Origin: Chiloscyllium plagiosum
Lineage: Eukaryota
NCBI RefSeq assembly: GCF_004010195.1
Contig: NC_057752.1
Coordinates: 15,079,585-15,143,584 of the forward strand
Reading direction: 5' to 3'
DNA: 64,000 bases
Part shown: positions 60,660 to 64,000 of the stretch, piece by piece
How positions within the stretch are numbered: position 1 is the stretch's first letter
Layout: each line of letters opens with the position of its first letter
Position numbers and translations under genes: made by a program
The notes under the pieces: generated by a model
What the model saw: only the letters and a program-made list of their open reading frames with translations
The model's database searches: none
Told to the model about the DNA's origin: nothing

Positions 60660-62310
60660 CATCTGACACCCCACCTCTAGTTATAGATAATACAAATATT
60701 TCTGCAAGGGGCCTGCAATTTCATCCCTCACTTCACACAACATCCTGGGATACACTAGATCATGTTCCAGAGATTTATTCACTTCTCTATTTTAGGGTTA
60801 CAGGGATAGGGTAGAGGGCTGGGTCTGGATGGGATGCTCTTTGGAGGTTCGGTGTGGACTTCCACATGGTAGGGGGTTATGATTCTATGAAGAGATTCAT
60901 TTGATCCCAGTTGTCTATATCTAATGTATGATTTTTTTTATTCTTGACTAGAGCTTCAATATCTTTATTCACCCATTGTTCCTTCATCGTACCATCCATA
61001 CCTTTCACTCTAACAGGAGTGAGATTCTGAACTCTCGTTATCACACTTTTGAAAGCCTCCCACTTATCAGACATCCCTTTACCTGTCAACAATCTATGCC
61101 GATCAACTTTTGAAAGCTCTTATCTCATAAGAAAGGTTTGGAGGGATATGAACCAAATGCAGACAAATGGGAAACTTAGTTTGAGAAACCTGGTCAGCAT
61201 GGCCGAGTTGGACCAAAAGATCTATTTTCATGCTCTATGACCAACCCATTTATATCTTTAGTGGGCGGCACGGTGGCACAGTGGTTAGCACTGCTGCCTC
61301 GCAGCGCCAGAGACCCGATCTTCCTAAAACCATCTTCTTCATTATTAGCCACTCTATCATTATTAACCAATCTTGGTGTCATTTGCAATCTTGCTTTAAA
61401 TTCCCCTGCATTTTCATCTATATCACTTATGTATATAACAAACAATAAGGGTCTCAGTACTGATACTTGTGAACACTGGCCTCCATCACTCAGATAGCCT
61501 TCTACCGCTACCCTTTGTGTCCTATTATTAAGCCAATTTCTGATCCATCTCGCCAAGTTTCCCAGAATTCCATGTGCTTTAACCTTCTCAATCAGTGTCC
61601 CATGTGGCTCCTTGTCAAAAGCTTTGCTAAAATCCATATAAACTACATCAACTTCAATCCCTCATCCACATACTTGATCACATTTTTGCAAAATTCTAAC
61701 ATATTTGTTCGGCATGATGATCCCTAATTAACCCATGCCTTTCCAAGTGGATATTAATTCTTTCCTTGAGCATTTTCAGTAGTTTCCCTACCATGGGAGA
61801 GTGAGACTCACTGGTTTGTAATTTCCTGGTTCATCTCTACCACCTTTCTTGAAAAGTGGAACCACAGTAGCCATCCTCCAGTCCTCTGACATTTCCCCCA
61901 TGGCCAGAGAGGAATTATAAATTTGTGTTGGAAACCCTGCAATTTTCTGCCTTGCCTCCACATCAGCCTGGGATGCAATTCATCCAGGGGAGGGAATTTG
62001 TCCATTTTTGAGCCCAACAGAGCTTCCAATCCCTCCCCATTTCCTGTGTCCAACTATGTAAGTCCCTCACAGTCCTTTTTCCTGAATTCCATACCTAGGT
62101 TCTCCTAGACAGAAGAGAAGTATTCATTTAACACCCTTCCAATATCCTGCAGCGTCACACACAGATTGCCACCTTGGTTCCTAATGGGCCCTACCCATTC
62201 CCTGGTTAACCTCTTTCCTTTAATCTATGTATGCAATACGAGGGATCTTACGATTCCCCTTATTCCTGTTTGCACAAGTGCTTTTTCATGCTCCCTATTT
62301 GCTCTTCTTT
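60660..62310 (-). mobile_element. CR1 fragments with + strand HE1 pieces (about 60795-60890 and 61262-61320)
   Basis: MDFSKAFDKEPHG..LLFVIYISDID; HE1 head GGCGGCACGGTGGCACAGTGGTTAGCACTGCTGCC at 61263. Confidence 0.85.
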
Positions 62311-62683
62311 GTTAAGGTAAACATTTTCCAAGGTAAACATTTTCTCAGTATTACAAATGTCAACAGTTGGCTCTCACCATTGTGTCACACTTGAATTTCT
62401 CAATCTAACTTGGCAATCAGTGCAGCACTTCTAACTGTCCATTATCTAGTATAGTGACCAAAATATTTTAGGTAAGTTGAGCAATATTCACCACCTTCAG
62501 ACTTTTTTCCTTCATACGTTCAGCTCTGCTCTGACCTGACAACATCATCAAGTTTCAGATTTTGTCCAAAAGTCCTGCTGAGATGATCTTTCCTGTTGTT
62601 CCAACCTAGTTAGGGTGGGAGATGAATTCCTTTCCTTGCCCTCCCCCTCCACTGGCTACAATAAGTGTACTCACATCTATGCA

Positions 62684-62797
62684 ACGCGCGCGCGCACACA
62701 CATACATACACATTCGCTCTTACACACACGCACACTCTCTCGCTCTTACACATGCACATGTGCGCACACACATTGTCTCACATGCACGCACACACGT
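62684..62797 (+). repeat. (CG)n/(CA)n-rich microsatellite
   Basis: ACGCGCGCGCGCACACACATACATACACA and further imperfect CA runs. Confidence 0.85.
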
Positions 62798-63335
62798 TCT
62801 CTCTCTCTCTCTCTCTCTCTCTGCCCGCCCCACTCTCTCTGCCCGCCCCCCTCTCTACCCGCCTCTCTCTCTCCCTCTCTACCCGCCTCTCTCTCTCCCT
62901 CTCTACCCGCCTCTCTCTCTCCCTCTCTACCCGCCTCTCTCTCTCCCTCTCTACCCGCCTCTCTCTCTCCCTCTCTACCCGCCTCTCTCTCTCCCTCTCT
63001 ACCCGCCTCTCTCTCTCCCTCTCTACCCGCCTCTCTCTCTCCCTCTCTACCCGCCTCTCTCTCTCCCTCTCTACCCGCCTCTCTCTCTCCCTCTCTACCC
63101 GCCTCTCTCTCTCCCTCTCTACCCGCCTCTCTCTCTCCCTCTCTACCCGCCTCTCTCTCTCCCTCTCTACCCGCCTCTCTCTCTCCCTCTCTACCCGCCT
63201 CTCTCTCTCCCTCTCTACCCGCCTCTCTCTCTCCCTCGCTACCTAACTCTCTCTCTCCCTCGCTACCTAACTCTCTCTCTCTTGCTACCTCTCTCTCGCT
63301 ACCTCTCTCTCGCTATCTCTCTCTCTATCTCTTCC
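62798..63335 (+). repeat. Pyrimidine-rich tract with a perfect 24-bp minisatellite (CCCTCTCTACCCGCCTCTCTCTCT, about 16 copies, 62848-63235)
   Basis: Directly visible tandem units flanked by (CT)n. Confidence 0.97.
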
Positions 63336-64000
63336 AAATCTAAAAAAAAATGTAAAGAGTGTCTTCGTACATCGGCCAGATTGTCCACAGATTTGTGGAC
63401 ACAAAAAAAGAATTATTATGGATTCTTCAAATTCTGGTCTTCAGATAAAGTCAATTTTCACACAAGCTATTGGGATTTCCTCCTGGATCCGTAAAGGTTG
63501 GTTAAATCTCTTTTCCTGGAGACAGTGGTGTAGATTAAGACTTTTCCTTTAAGCTGCATTAAAGAGAGTTTCAGACGGGGCAGAAATTGTTGCCCCTGTG
63601 GCGGTTTCTCTCTGGTTGTGTTTAAGATTTTTTTTTGCACACACAAACTGTATGATGTGACCACTTTCTATCTGAAAGTGCTGGAGTGTCTGAAACTGTC
63701 TCCATCCAACCAGTCTGCTCTTTAGAAATGTAACATTGATACTGCCGTATACAATGAGATTTGCTTTGAACATTAGTATTTTCAAAGGTTCAAGATTCAT
63801 ATAAGATGTCCAGTCAATTATTATAAATTAATATTTTCGATGACACATCATCATAACACTGTTTATTTGAATAAAGTGTTTGGATGAAAAATGGAATGCA
63901 AAATTATTTGGAATGCAAAGCGAGTATCAGCAAACATTGTCAGAAAGCTGTTAGATCGGCATAAACTCACTGGTTTCCTAATGTCTTGGGGAAGGAAACA

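Noticed and set aside
61262..61320. tRNA-like sequence with A/B-box motifs (also in other SINE heads)
   Set aside because: SINE heads, not complete cloverleaf tRNA genes.
62615..63494. 193-290 aa Pro/Ser/Leu-rich ORFs
   Set aside because: Stop-free translation of the 24-bp pyrimidine repeat.

Overview
Eukaryotic, repeat-saturated genomic DNA, almost certainly from an elasmobranch (shark or ray), inferred from the many HE1-type V-SINEs and their partner CR1/HER1-type LINEs. Only one host coding exon is recognisable: a 120-nt, phase 1-1 exon of SPRYD3 (+ strand, 54954-55073). The rest looks intronic and is dominated by nested, decayed retroelements: CR1 LINEs (ORF1 esterase, APE endonuclease, RT), HE1 and other tRNA-derived SINEs, Rex1/Babar and L2 remnants, a Gypsy LTR relic with a Tigger-like MITE, and at least three families of Penelope-like elements (PLEs). 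Minisatellites and two assembly gaps (46988-47601, 53412-53911) are also present. No transposon ORF is intact. The most notable structure is a set of minimal hammerhead ribozyme motifs (CUGANGA-stem II-GAAA-NN-UH) in the terminal repeats of all three PLE families, including ORF-less 125-240 bp mini-elements with 12-14 bp target-site duplications (TSDs), several of them fold-backs. There are also repeated local templated duplication/inversion scars. Repeat boundaries are approximate and family names come from motif recognition, not database searches.
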